Below are positions 12,354 through 27,200 of a DNA stretch of 64,000 nt, one piece after another. Position numbers and translations under genes: made by a program. The stretch lies in assembly GCF_009914755.1 (NCBI RefSeq), contig NC_060947.1; one strand, written 5' to 3'. How positions within the stretch are numbered: the stretch's first letter is position 1; each line of letters begins with the position of its first letter. The DNA comes from the human T2T-CHM13v2.0 reference genome, Homo sapiens. The notes under the pieces are model-generated. The model saw only the letters and a list, made by a program, of their open reading frames with translations. It had not been told where the DNA came from and ran no database searches.

Positions 12354-13977
12354 AGTGCAAGGACTATGACAACTCGAAAACTGAGAAGTCCTTCTCTCCA
12401 AAGGGCTGCACCACCCCTTCATCAAGGGTTCTTAAGCTGGCAAGGGTGGCTAAAATGACAGAAATAGAGTTCAGAATATACATAGGAATGAAGATCGTTT
12501 AGATACAGAAGTACATTGAAATTCATTGAAGTAAGCTAAGAGTCACAATAAAATAACACAGGAGCTGACAGACAAAATGGCAATTATAGACAAAGACATA
12601 ACTAACCTGACAGAGCTGAAAAGCACACTACAAGAATTTCATAATGTAATTGCAACTAGTAACAGCAGGATAAACCAAGATAAATAAAGAACCTCAGAGC
12701 TTTATGACTGGCTTTCTAAAATAAGACAATCAGACAAGAATAGAGAAAAGATAATAAAAAGAAATAAACAAAACCTCCAAGAAATATTGGGTTATGTGAA
12801 GAGACCAAATCTAAAACACATTGTTATCCCTGAAAGAGATCGAAAGGGTATACAACTTGGAAAACATATTTCAAGATATTATTTATAGGAACTTCCCTAA
12901 CCTAGATAGAAAAACCAACGTTCAAATTCAGGAAATGTAGAGAACCCCAGTAAAATACTTCACAAGTTTATTCCCAACACATATAATCAACAAATTCTCC
13001 AAGGGTGAAAGGAAAGGAAAAAAATAATAAAAGCAATTAGAGAAAAAAATAAAGTCACTTACAAAGGAAAGTTTATCAGACTAACAGTGGACCTCTCAGT
13101 AGAAACCCTATAAGCCAGAAGAAATTGGAGTATTGTCAATAGTTAAATTTTTTTAAAAAAATGAATTACAACAAAAAATTTTATTATTTAGCCAAATTAA
13201 GCTTCATAAGTGAAAGAGAAATAAAATGTTTTTCATACAAGCACATGCTGAGGAAAATCATTACCACCACACCTACTGTAAAAAAGCTCCAGAAGGAAGC
13301 ACTACAAAAAACACACTTAATTACACAGACCAGTGACACTATAAAGCAACCAACCAAACAATTCGGCATAATAACCAGCTAACATCATGATGACAGAACT
13401 AAATCCACACATATCAATATTAATCTTGAATTGAAATGGATTAAATGCCACAATTAAAAGGCACAGAGTGCCAAGCTGAAAAAAGAACCAAGAATCATTG
13501 GTATGCTGTCCTTGAAAGAGCCATCTCACATGCAATGATGCCCATAAACTCAAAATAAAGGGATGGGGAATAATACACCAAGCAATCAAAAAACATAAAA
13601 AAATGTAGGGGTTGCAACCTTAATTTTAGATGAAACAGAATTTAAATAAACCACTATCAAAAAAGACAAAAAGGGGCATTACATAATGATAAAGTGTTCA
13701 ATTAAACGAGACCTAACTATTCTAACTGTATATACACTCACCACAAGGAGCACTCAGATTCATAAAGCAAGTTCTTAGAGACCTTCAAAGGGATTTAACC
13801 TTTCACGTAATAATACTGGGAGATCTGAACATCCCACAGAGAGTATTAGATGTATCACCGAGGAAGAAAATTAACAAAGACATTCAAGACCTGAGCTCAA
13901 CACTGGATCAAATGGACCTGATAAAAATTGAAAGTACTCTCTACCTCAAAACAACAAAATACATATTCTTCTCATTA

Positions 13978-14780
13978 TGGAGAGGACTTAACTAGCTAGC
14001 ATTTTGTAGACAGCAAGGGAAGGATCCCCAGAGAGCCCTCCACCTATGGGTTAGTGCCTCATCTTCACATAACATAAAAAACAGCCTGGGAAAAATCAAG
14101 CTGTAGGAACTGATAAGGGAACTAGCACAGGGGTTTATGCCTGAAGACATGCCTATGGCTGAACAAATAGAAGAATCTGAAGCCCATTCAGGTAAAAACT
14201 TGCACAAACCTCCACTCACTCAGACAAAGGAACAAGGCCTGACAGAGAAATGCCTTTGTCCTTTGTATAATCAGTGGGCTCCCAGGAATAAATTTCTTCT
14301 CTTTCGTGGGCATGAACACAGTGAGTTTTGGTGGGTTGTGGTGATCACTTTCTTTTTCTTTTTGGATTGTAGACCCAGCCTCTATGAATCATCACTTCAG
14401 CCCCTGATTGGTCCCAGGCAGTAGTCCCAGGCCAAGCTTTCACTCCAATTCCTGATAAGTCCAAGGCCAGGCTAAACAGCCTCTATAAATCTCGATTTGA
14501 GCCCCTGATTGGTCCTGGACCAAGAATTCTAAGACAATCTGCAGACAAAGCACATTTATTCTCCTTCCCAGTCAATAAAAACCCTGGACCTCATGCTCAT
14601 AGGGGGCAACCCATCACCCCGATGGCAGAGAGCTTTCTTCTTTTGCTCATTAAACTTTTGCTCCAACCTCACCCTTGTGTCCACACTTCTCAATCTTCCT
14701 GGATGTAGGACAAAGAAATCCTGGTATTGGCTCAGACAATGAGAAACTGTTACGTTTTGGTAAATTGGCAAGACTACAAC
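13978..14780 (+). mobile_element. Solo ERV1-class LTR (~800 bp, family uncertain)
   Basis: TG start, AATAAA at ~14574, ends ...ggcaagactacaac. Interrupts L1 ORF2 at ctcatta|ccacatgg with (C)ATTA duplicated. Internal repeat cagcctctat...gcccctgattggtcc occurs twice. Confidence 0.75.
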
Positions 14781-17689
14781 ATTACCACATGGCACACACT
14801 TTAAAATTGATCGCCTCATAGGACACAAAACACTCCTCATCAAATGCAAATATATATATATACATATATATCAACCACTGTTTTGAACCACAGCACAATC
14901 AAATTAGAAATCAGGACTAACAAATTTACTCAAAGCAGACAATTACATGGAAATTGAATAACCTGATAATGAATGACTTTGGAGTAAATAAAATTAAGGA
15001 AGATACAAAAAGTTTTTTGAAACTAATGAGAACTAAATCACAGCATACTAGAATCTCTGTGACACAGCTAACACAGTGTAAAGAGGCAAATTTATAGCAC
15101 TAAAATGCCCACATTAAAAAGTTAAAAAAATTCAATTTAACAACATAACATCACAACTAAATGAAGTAGAGAACCAAGAGTAAACCAACTCCAAATCTAG
15201 CAGAAGACAATAAATAATCAAATTCAGAACTTGAACTGATGAAAATTGAGCCACAAAAATCTCAAAACAATAACAGATCCAGAAGTTGAATTTTTGAAAA
15301 AGTTATTTAAATAGATAGACTGCTAAGTAGACTAATAAAGAAGAACAGAGAAGATCCAAGTAAACACAATTAAAAATCACAAAGGGGATATAACCACTAA
15401 CCGCAAAGAAATGGAAAAAAAATAGTAAATATTATGAAAACCTCTATTAATATAAAGTAGAAAATCTCAAAGAAATTGATAAATTCCTGGACTCATACGC
15501 TTTCCCACTGAGCCTGAAAGAAATTGAATTCCTTAACAGATCAATAACAAGCTCCAAAATTGAATCAGTAATACATACCCTACCCACCAAAAAAGCTCAT
15601 GGCTAGACGGATTCACAGCTGAATTCTACAAGGTGTAAAGAGAAGGGCTAGTACTATTCCTAGGAAAAAAAATGAGGAGAAGGGACTCTTCTCCATCTTA
15701 TTCTATTAGACCTACATCATCCTGTTACCAAAACTTGGCAAAGACACAATAAAAAATGAAAACTTCAGGCCAATATTCTTGATGAACATAGTTGCAAAAA
15801 TCCTCAACAAAATACTGGCAAACCAAATCCCACAGCACATCAAAATTCACATTCAGCACAATCACATAGACTTTATTTCTGGGATGCAAGATTGGTTCAA
15901 CATATGTAAATCAATAAATGTGATTCATGAAATAAACAGAATTAAAGACAAAACCACATGATTATCTTAATAGATGTGAAAAGACTCTCAATAAGATTCA
16001 ACACTCCATATTAATAACTTTCAAAGATAAAGGTATTGAAAGAACACAACTCAAAATAAGTAGAGCCATATAAGACAAACCCACAGCAACATCATACTTA
16101 ATGGGCAAAAGCTGAATGCATTCCCCTTGAAAAGTGGCATAAGACAAGGATGCCCTTTCTCACCACTCCTATCCAATATAAGATTGGAAGTTGTGGCCAG
16201 AGCAATCAAGCAAGAGAAAGTAATAAAGGGCATCCACATAGGAATACATGACGTCAAACTATCCCTGTTTGCAGATGACATAATTCTGTATTTAGAAAAC
16301 CCCATAGTCTTGGCCTAAAAGCTCCTCAAACTGAGAAAAAATTTCAGCAGTTTTGGGATACAAAACGAACATACAAAAATCACTAGCTTTTTTATAGATT
16401 AACAACAATCAAGCTGAAAGCCAAATCAGGAATGTAATCCCATTCAAAATAACCACAGCATTTAAAATACCTAGGTATACAGCTAACCAAGGAGGTGAAG
16501 GATCTCTACAAATGAGGTAAAAAACACTGCTCAAAAAATGACAGATGACAGAAACAAATGGAAAATCATTCATGCTCATGGAGAAGAATCAATATCAATA
16601 TGGTCATACTACCCAAAGCCACTTACAGATTCAAGGCTATTGCTATTAAACTACCAATGACATTTTTTACAGAACCAGAAGAAACTATGTTAAAATTTAT
16701 ATGGAACCAAAAAAAAACAAAAAAAAAAAACAACCTAGAAAGCCAAAACAATCCTTAGGAAAAAAAAAAAAAGCTAATGCCTTTATACTATAGTACAAGA
16801 CTATGGAAACTAAAACAGCATACAGCACTGGTACAAAAACAAACACACAGGCGAACAAAACAGAATAGAGAGCTGAGAAATGAGGCCACATACCTAGAAC
16901 TGTCTGATCTTTGACAAAATCAACAAAAACAAGCAATGAGAAAAATACTTCCTATTCAATAAATGGTGCTAAAATAACTTGCTAACCATAAAGAGAAGAT
17001 AGAAACTCAACCTTTTCCTTACACCATATACAAAAATTAACTGAAAATGGATTAAAGACTTAAATGTAAAACTCAAAGCTATAAAAACCATGAAGAAAAC
17101 CTAGGCAATTCCATTCTGGATTTTAAAAAATGGGCAAAGTTTTCATGACAAAAATGCTAAAAGTAATTGCAACAAAATCAAAATTTGACAAATGTGATCT
17201 GTTTAAACTAAAGAGCTTCTACACAGCAAAATAAATTAGCAATAGACAACCTAGAGTATTAGAAAAAATTTTTGCAAACTATGCATCTGAAGATGTTCTA
17301 ATATCCAACACCAATAAGGAACTTAAACAAATTTACAAACAAAACAAAACAAACGACCCAATTGAAAAGTTGGCAAAAGACATAACAGACACTTTTTTCA
17401 AAGAAGACACATAAGTGTGGCCAATGAACATACGAAAAAAATTAACATCACTAATCATTAGAGAAATGCAAATCCAAACCACAATACAATATCATTTCAC
17501 ACAAGTCAGAATGGCTATGAATAAAAAGTCAAAAAAAAAAAAAACCCACAGGTGCTGGTGAGGTTGCAGAGGAAAAGAAATTCTAATACACTGACAGTGA
17601 GCATGAATATTAGTTAAACCATTATGGAAAAAAGTCCTCAAAGACCTAAAAACAGAACTGCCATTCGACCCAGAAATCTCGTTACTGGG

Positions 17690-19969
17690 TGTATTAGTCC
17701 GTTTTTATGCTGCTGATAAAGACATGCCTAAGACTGAGAAGAAAAAGAGGTTTAATGTACTTACAGTTCCATATTGCTGGGGAAGCCTCACAATCATGGC
17801 AGAAGGCAAGGAGGAGCAAGTCACGTCTTACATAGATGATGGCAGGCAAAGAGTGAGCATGTGCAGAGAAACTACCCATTATAGAGCCATCAGATCTCAT
17901 GAGATTTATTCACTATCATGGAAACAGCATGGAAAAGACCTGCCCCCATGATTAAATTACCTCCCACCAGGTACCTCCCATAACATATGGGAATTCAAGA
18001 TAAGATTTGGATGGGGACACAGCCAAATTCTGCTCCTGGCTTCTCCCATATCTCATATCCTTACATTTCAATATCAATCATGCCTTCCCAACAGTCCCCC
18101 AAAGTCTTAACTCATTTCAGCATTAACTTAAATGTCCACAGTCCAATGTCTCATCCAAGACAAGGCAAGTCCCTTCTGCCTATGAGCCTGTAAAATCAAA
18201 AGCAACTTGGTTACTTTCTAAACACAATGGGGGTACAGATATTGCATTACTACAGCCATTCCAAAGGGAAGAAATTGGCATAAACAAAGAGGCTACAGGC
18301 CCCATGCAAGTCTGAAATCCAGTGAAGCAGTTAAATCTTAAAACTCCAAAATGGTCTCCTTTGATTCCATGTCTCACATCCAGGTCATGCTGAGGCAAGA
18401 GGTAGGTTCCCACAGTCTTTGGTAGCTCTGCCTCTCTGGCTTTGCAATGTATGTCCTCCCTCCCAGCTGCTTTCACTGGCTGGCATTGAGTGTCTCTGGC
18501 TTTTCCAGGCCCACAGTAAAAGCTGCTCAGTGGGTATACCATTCTGGGGTCTGAAGTACAGTGGCCCTCTTCTCACAGCTCCACTAGGCAGTGCCCCAGA
18601 AGGGACTGTCTGTGGGGGATCTACCCCACATTTTCTTTTCACACTGCCCTAGCAGACTTGATCCATGAGGGCCCCTTCCCTGCAGCAAATATCTGCCTGG
18701 GCATCCAGGCATTTTCATACATCTTTTAAAATCTACGTGGAGGTTCCCAAACCTCAATTCTTGACTTCTGTGCATGTGCAGCCTCAACATCAGGTGGAAG
18801 CTGCAAAGGCTTGAGGCTTTTGCTCTCAGAAGCAACAGCCTGAGCTGTATCTTGACCCCTTTTCACCATGGGTAGAGCAGCTGGAATGCAGGGTACCAGG
18901 TCCCTAGGCTGCACAGAGCAGGGGAGCCCTGGGCCCAGCCCATAAAACATTTTTTTTCCTCTTAGGCCTCTGGGCCTGTGATGGGAGGGTCTGCCGTGAA
19001 GACCTCTGACATGCCCTGAAGACATTTTCCCCATTTTCTAGGGGATTAATATTCAGCTCCTCATTACTTATGCAAATTTCTGCAACCAAATTTAATTTCT
19101 TCTCAGAAAATGGGATTTTCTTTTCTATTGCATAGTCAGGCTGCAAATTTTCCAAACTTTCATGCTTTGTTTCCCTTTTAAAACTGAATGCTTTTAAGAG
19201 TACCCAAGTCACCTCTTGAATGCTTTGCTGCTTAGATATTTTTTCTGCCAGATATCCTTAATTATCTCCCTCAAGTTCAAAGTGACACAAATGGAACTTT
19301 CAAAGTTCCACAAATAGGCAGGGCCAAAATGCCACCAGTCTCTTTGCTAAAATATAACAAGAGTCACCTTTGTCCCTGTTCCCAAAAAGTTTCTCATCTC
19401 TCATCTGAGACTACCTCAGCCTGGACCTTCTTGTTCATATTACTATCAGCATTTTTATCAAAGCCATTCAAGAAGTCTCTAGGAAGCTTCAAACTTTCCC
19501 ACATTTTCCTGTGTTCTTCTGAGCCCTCCAAACTTTTCCAACTTCTATCTGTTAACCAGTTGCAAAGTCGCTTCCACATTTTTGGGTATCTTTTCAGCAA
19601 CACCCCACTCCCAGTACAAATTTACTATATTAGCCTGTTTTCATGCTGCTGATAAAGACACACCCAAGACTGGGAAGAAAATTGGTTTAATGGACTTAGA
19701 GTTTCACATGCCTGGGGAGGCCTCACAATCATAGTGAAAGGCAAGGAAGAGCAAGTCACATCTAAGATGGATGGGGGCAGGAAAAGAGAGAGCTTGTGTG
19801 TGGAAACTCCTGTTATAGAACCATCAGATCTCATGAGACTTATTCACTATCTTGAGAACAGCAAGGGAAATTCCTGCCTCCATGATTCAGTTACCACCCT
19901 CTGGGTCCCTCCCACAACACAAGGGAATTCAAGATGAGATTTGGGTGGTGATACAGCAAAACCATATCA
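17690..19969 (-). mobile_element. Full-length THE1B-like MaLR (LTR-int-LTR)
   Basis: LTRs at 17690-~18027 and 19626-19969 around THE1-int. Perfect 5-bp TSD CTGGG (17685-17689 / 19970-19974). Confidence 0.92.
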
Positions 19970-20500
19970 CTGGGTATATCCCCAAAGAATATAAATTGTT
20001 CCATCATTAAGACATATGCACGTGTAGGTTTATTGCAGCAGTATTCACAATAGCAAAGACATGGAATCAACAAAAATGTCCATCAATGGAAGACTGGATA
20101 ATAAAAACATAGTACATATACACCATGAAATACTGTTGAGCCATAAAAAGGAATGAGATCTTGTGCTTTGCAGGAACATGGATGGAGCTGGTGGCCATTA
20201 ATTTTAGCAATCTAACACAGGAACAGAAAACCAAATACTGCCTCTTCTTACTTATAAGTGGGAGCAAAATGATAAAAACAAATAAACACATGGAGGGAAC
20301 AACAGACACTGGGTCCTACCAGTAGTTAGAGGGTAAGAGGAGGGAGATTATTAGAAAAAAATAAGTAATGGGTAGTAGGCTTAATATCTTGGTAATGAAA
20401 TAATCTTTACACAAACCTCCATGACATGTTTACCTATTAGCAAACCTGCATGTGTATTCCAAACTTTTAAAATAAAAGTTAGAAACAAAAATCTTTGATA

Positions 20501-23500
20501 ATCATCACTGTATTTACTACCTCTATGAAATCAATTTCTAACTCCTTCATGAGTAAAAACATGTGACATTTGTCTTTCAGGCCTGGCTTATTTCACTTAA
20601 CATAATGTTCTCCACTTTCTTTCATATTACTGCAAAAGAGATAATTACGTTTTTCTTTATGATTAATATTCTATTAGATATATATCATATAATTTCTTTA
20701 TCTGTTTATCTGTTGATAGACACTAAAGTTGTTTCCATATTGCTGCTATTTGAAATAAAATTACATTAAACATGAGAGTTCAGATATCTCTTCTATGTGC
20801 TGACTTCTTTCCTTTTGGATATGACTCAGCAGTGGGATCACTGAATCGTGTACTTTTTCTATTTTTAGTTTTCTGGGAAACCTTCATACTGTTTTTGATA
20901 GTAGCTGCAGACATTACAATGAGCTATTTTTGAACATGTCTCTTTCTCTGCACCCCTACCAGCATTTATTTTCTGTGGTTTTTAAAAATAATAGCCATGT
21001 GGACTAGGGCGAGATGATATCTCATGGTTTTAATTTTCATTTCCCTGTTGATTTAGTGTTGTTAATAATTTTTTTCACATGCGTGATAACCACTTCTATA
21101 TCTTTCTTTGAGAAACATCTATTTATGTTTTTACCCATTTTAAAAACAGATTATTTATTTTCTTTACAATTGGGTTGTTTGAGTTCCTCATATATTCTGG
21201 TTATTCATGCCTTGTTAGATGAATAATTTTCAAATATTTTCTCCCATTCTGTAGGTTGTCTCTTCACTGTGTTGATTGTTACCTTTGCTAGGAAGAAGCT
21301 TTCTTACCTTGATGCAATCTTATTTGTCAATGTTTTTGCTTTGGTTGCTTTTGCTTCTGAGGTCTTATTCAATATATCTTTGCCAAGACCAATGTCCTGA
21401 AGTGTTTTCCCAATGTCTTATTCCAACAGATTCGTAGTTTCTGGTCTCAGTTTTAAGTCTTGGATCCATTTTGCTTTGATTTTTGCATATGGTGAAAGGG
21501 TTCAGGGTTCTAGTTTTATTCTACATATGGATATCCAGTTTTCTCAGAATCTTTCATTGAAGATATTGTACTTTGCCCAGTGTATATTTTTGTGTTTTTA
21601 TCAAAATTGAGTTGGCAGTAAATATGAAGATTCATTTCGAGGTTCTCTACTTTTCTCTATTTATCTATGTGTTTATTTTATGCCAGTATCATGCTGTTAG
21701 GGTCGTTATAGATTTTTGATACTTTTGCAGTTACTTCATGTAATGCCTCCAGTTTTGTCCTTTATGATTAGGGTTGCTTTCACTATTGGGTTTTTTGTGG
21801 TTTTATAAAATTGTTTGGATTGTTTTTCTATTTCTGTTAAATATTTCATTGATATTTTGATAGAGATTGAATTAAATTAATAGATTTCTTAGGGCAGTAT
21901 TGATATTTTTACAATATTATTCCAATCTGTACATGAAATGTCTTTCCATTTTGGGGGGTTTTCTTCATTTTTAGTAGTGTTTTATAGCTTTCATTTTGTG
22001 TAAATCTTTCACATCTTAAATTTGTTCCTAGGTATTTTATTTTTTTGACTATTGTCAATATTATTGATGTATTTAATTGTTTTTCAGATTTTTTATTGTT
22101 AGCATATAAAAATAAATGTTACTACATTGTGTATGGTATTTTTTATACTGCAATTTTATTAAATTTTTCTATTAGATCTAACAGATTTTGGTAGAGTGTT
22201 TAGGTTTTTCTACATATAAGATTATATTATGTGTAAACCAAAACAATTTTAATTCTTTCTTTCTCGTTTGGATGCATTTTATTTCTTTTTTCTTTTGTCT
22301 AATTGCCCTGGCTAGGACTTCTAATACTAGGTTGAATAAAAATGGTAAAATGTGGTGATCATTGTCTCGTTCCAGATCTTAGGGGTAAAGGTTTCAATTT
22401 TCCCTACTAGGTTTCATGCTAGCTGTGGGTTTGTCATACATGGGCTTTATTGTTTTGAGATATGTTCTTTCTATAGCCAGTTTTTTAGTTTTTTATTATA
22501 AATGGGTGCTGAATTTTATTGAATGTTTTATGAGATCCATTGTAAAGATTGTATAGTTTTTATTCCTGAGTCTGTTAATCATTGAAACATTTTTACCAAT
22601 TTGAGTTTGAATAACAATCCTTGACCACCCAGAGAAATTCCACTTGATTATAGTGAGTAATACTTTCACTGTGTTTTTAAATTCAGTCGGCTGTTATTTT
22701 ATTGAGGACTTTTGCATTTTTATTCTTCAGGGGTATTGGTCTGTAGTTTTGTTGTTGTTGTATGTTTGTCTGGTTTTAGTATCAGGATAATGTTGGCCTT
22801 GTAAAATGAGTTCAGAAGTATTTATTTCTCTTCAGCTTTTTGGAATAATTTGAGTAAAATTGGCAATAGGTATTTATTAAAAGCTTAATAAAATTCACCA
22901 CTGAAGACATCAGGTTTTAACTTATCTTTGATAGGGGACATTGTTTTGCTGCTTTAATCTCATTACTCCTTATTTTTTGGGTTCAGGTTTTCTATCTCTG
23001 CATGGTTTAATCTTGGTAGGTTTCATAAGTATAAACATTTATTTATTTATCTTATGTTTTCTATTTATTGTTTTATAGTTGCATACAGTAGACTTATATG
23101 ATTCTCCGAATATCTGTGGTATCAGTTACTGTATCTTCTTTTGTCTCTGATTTTACTTATTTTGTTATTTTCATTTATTTCTGGTCTACTTAAAGATTTG
23201 CCAAAGTTTTTTTTCTTCTTAAAAATCAACTATTTTTTTAATCTTTTGTAGTGTTTTTAATTCTCAATTTTATGTATTTGTGTTTAGGTCTTTATTATTT
23301 CTTCTAATAATTACGGGATTGGTTTCTTCTTGATTTCAAGTTATTTAAGGCACATGATATGTTTGTTTATTTGAAGTCTCTACTTTTTTGATATATGTGT
23401 TTGTTGCTATAAATTTTCCTCTTAGTACTGCTTTCTTTGTATCCCGTAAGTGTTGTTATGTTGTCTTTCCATTTTATTTGTTTAAATACATTTTCAGAAT

Positions 23501-24236
23501 TTTATTTTTAATTTATTTATTGACAATTTATTGTCCAGAGACACGATGTTTAATTTCCATGTTTTTGTTTAGTGTCCATTATTACTCTTGTTATTGATTT
23601 CAAGTTTAAGTCCATTGTGCTCAAAAAATATATACTTCAAACAATTTTTTTTATATTTCTTAAGACTTGTCTTATAGCCTAATATATTTTGTTTTCTAGA
23701 TAATGCTCTATGTTCTGATGAGAAAAAATGTGAATCCTGTTGCAGTCGGATGAAATGTTCTGTAATTGTCAGTTATTGTATTTTCTTCTACATTGTAGTT
23801 AAATATAATGCTTCTTTGTGAATCTTCTGTCCAGAAGATCAGTCCATTGCAACAAATGTGGTATTAAAGTCTCCTATTATTAATGTATTGCAGTCTATCT
23901 CTATCTTCAGATCAATTGATATTTGCTTTTTACACTTGGGTGCTCAAATATTGGTTTCATAGAGATTTGTAATTGTTATATTCTATTGCTTCATTGACCC
24001 CATTATCATCATATGAGTACCTTCTTTGCCTGTTCTTACAGTTTTTTAAAAAATGTGTTTAATTTGGCATAAGCATAGATACTCCAAGTTTTCTATTGTT
24101 TTCATTTGTATGGGATATCTTTTTTCATGTCTTTACATTCAATCTAAGATTGTCACTAGAGGTTAAGTGAGTTTCTTATTTGCAGAATATAGTTGTCTTG
24201 TGTTTTTGTTAAATATATTGAGCCACTCTGTCTTCT
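20501..24236 (-). mobile_element. L1MA-type element, 3'UTR and ORF2 portion
   Basis: Degenerate antisense L1MA 3'UTR (cctggcttatttcacttaacataatg) and ORF2 running back to the endonuclease region. Confidence 0.8.
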
Positions 24237-27200
24237 TTTTTATTCTTTTTATTTAAAAATTTCAACTTTTATTTTAGGTACAAGGGTACATATGCAGGTT
24301 TGTTGTATTAGAATATTGCATTATGCTGAGGTTTGGGATACAGATCTTGTCACCCAGGTAGTAAGCATACTGCCCAATAGTAATTTTTCAATCACTCTTC
24401 AGTAGTCTATAGTGCACATTGTTCCTATATCTATGCCCATGTGTGCTCAATGTTTCGTTCACACTTATAAGTGAGAACATGCAGTGTTTGATTTTCTCTT
24501 CTTACGTTGATTTACTTAAGATTATGGCTTTCAGCTCAATCCATGTTCATCCAAAGGATATGATTTTACTCTTTATGGTTGTGTAGTATTGTATGGTGCA
24601 TATGTACCATATTATCTTTACCCAATTTACTATTGATAAGCATCTGTGTTTATTTCACTCCTTTGCTGTTGTAAATAGCACAGCAATTAATATACAAGAG
24701 AATGTGTCTTTTTGGTTGAATGATTTATTTTGCTTCGTGTATATACCTAGTAATGGGATTGCTGGGTCCAATTGTAGCTCCATTTTAAGGTCCTTGTGAA
24801 ATATCTAGACTGCTTTCCACAGGGTCTGGACTAATTTACATCAGCAATAACAATGTATATGTGGTCCCTTTTCTCCACAGCCTTGCCAGCATGTGTTGAG
24901 TTTTTTAAACTTGTAAATAACAGTCATTCTGAGTGGTGTGAGATGGTATCTCATTATGGTTTGGATTTGCATTTCTCTAATAATTAGTAATATTGAGCAT
25001 TTATTAATATGTTTTTTGGCCACTTGTACGTCTCCTTTCATGTCCTTTACCCGCTTTCAAATAGGATTGCTTGTTTTCTGCATGTGGGTTTATTTAAGTC
25101 TTCTATCGATTCTTGATATTGGGTCTTTCTCAGGTGCATGGCTTGGGAATATCTTCTACCATTCTGTAGGTTTTTTTCTCTGTTGATAGTTTATCTTGCT
25201 GTGCAAAAGATCTTTAGTTTAATTAGGTCCCACTTTTCTATTTTTGGTTTTTATCACAATTGCTCATGGGGACTCAGCAAAACATTTTTTGCTGAGACCA
25301 ATGTCAAGAAGAGTATTTTCTAGGTTTTCTTTCAAAATTTTTGTAGTTTTAGAACTTATATTTAAAACCTTTATCAATTTAAGTTAATTTTTGTATATGG
25401 CGAAAAGTAGGGGCTGAGCTACAATCTTGTCCGTATAGGTAGACAAGCACAATTTACTGAATACAAGGTTATATTCCCATTGCTTGTTTTTGTCAGCCTT
25501 GTCAAAGATCAGATGGTCGTAGGTGTAATAATTTATTTCTGATACCTCTGTTCTATTCCATTGGTCTACATATCTTTTTTGTAACAACATAAAGCTGTTA
25601 TTATTTTTTTTACTGTGGTTCTATACAATAGTTTGAATTTGAGTAATGTTATAATTATAGCTTGTTGTTTTTGCTGAGAATTGCTTTGGCTATTATGGCT
25701 CCTTTTTGTTGTTGTTCTACATAAGTTTTAGAAAAGTTTTTTTCTGATCTGGTGGAGAATTACATTGGTATATAGGAATAGCATCGAATCTGTAAATCGC
25801 TTTGGACAGTCTGGCCCATTTTTACAATATTGATTTTTCCATAAATACATGAACATGTATTTATTTTTCCATTTATTTGTGTCACCCATGGTTTCTTCCA
25901 GCAGTGTTTTGTAGTTTAATTTGTACAGATTTCTTATCTCCTTTGTTAGCTGTGCTACTAGCTATTTTATTTTAATTGTGGCTACTGTAAGTTGGATTGC
26001 TTTCTTAATTAATTATTTTATTATCTTGCCTGATTTCTCAGACTAGGACTTTCAGTCCTGTGTTGAATAAGAGTGGTAAGAGTGGGCATTCTTATCTTGT
26101 TCGAGTTTTCAAGGGAAATGGTTTGAGCTTTTATAAATTCAGTATGATGTTGGCTATGGATTTGTCATAGATAGGTCTTACTATTTTGACACATGTTACT
26201 ATAATGCCTACTTGGTTGAGTGATTTTATCATGAAGAGATAATGAATTTTTCAATGGTTTTTCTCTGCATTTACTGTGATGATCATATGGTTATAAGTTT
26301 CAATTCTTTTTATAAGGCGAATCAAATTTATTGATTTTCATGTGTTAAATCAGTCTTATATTCCTGGAAAGAGCTCTACTTAATTATGGTGTATTAACGT
26401 TTGAGGTGCAGCTAGATTTGGTTTGCTGTTGTTATTTGGTTGAATATTCTTGTGTCTATGCTCCTAAGGGAATGTTGGCCTCTTTTTTTCTGTTTGTTTT
26501 TGTTTTTTTTTTTATTGTGTCTCTGTCAAATTTTGGTATCATGCTGATGCTGACTTCATAAAATCAGGTAAGGAGTTGCCCCTCTGTAACTCATTCTATG
26601 AAGTATTCAGTTTCAAATATCTTCAGTAGGATTGGTACTAGTTCATTAGAGTTAGTATCAGTTCTTTGTATGACTGGTAGAATTCAACTGTGAATTTATC
26701 CAGTCCAGAGCTTCTTTTACTGTTGGTTCTTTATTAATAATTCAATTTTAGAAATTAATATTGGTCTATTTAAGATTTCAATCTCTTCCTAACTCAATCT
26801 TGGGTCATTGTGGACTTCCAATAATTTATTTATTTCCTCTAGATTTTCTAATCGGTGTGCATAGAATTATTCATAGTAGTCTCTGTGGATCTTGTGTATT
26901 TCTGTGGGATTATTGCTTTGTCATTTCTGATTGCACTTATTTGGATGCTCTTTTATCAATATTTATTTTTTAAAGCATAAACTCTTGGTTTCATTGATGT
27001 TTTATAGGAATTTTGCCATCTCAATTTTATTAAATTCTTCTCAAATTTTAGTTTTTTTCTTTTTTTCTGCTAGCTTTGTGTTAATTTGTTCTGTTTTTTT
27101 CTAGTAACTGTAGGGGAAAGTTAGATTGTTAATTTGGGATGTTTCTAACGTCTTAATAAATGCATTTAGGGCTATAAACTTTCACCTTAACACTGTTTTG

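Larger units (their letters stand above)
186..20486 (+). mobile_element. Full-length L1PA13-15-like LINE-1 interrupted by six nested insertions
   Basis: 5'UTR from ~200 (tgactagacacagcc...). ORF1 start region ~11730/12360. ORF2 start atgatgacagaactaaatccacac ~13388. RT motif [13 protein letters not shown] (ORF 16127). 3'UTR ...taatgggtagtaggcttaata...aaataaaagtt. TSD AAAAACCTTTGGTA (172-185) / AAAAATCTTTGATA (20487-20500). Confidence 0.85.

Noticed and set aside
11722-12425. F/L/S-rich 212 and 180 aa ORFs resembling membrane proteins
   Set aside because: Antisense reading of the GAAA tract plus Alu.
18180-19652. Cluster of overlapping ORFs in THE1 internal region
   Set aside because: Broken remnants of the MaLR internal ORF, with no continuous frame.
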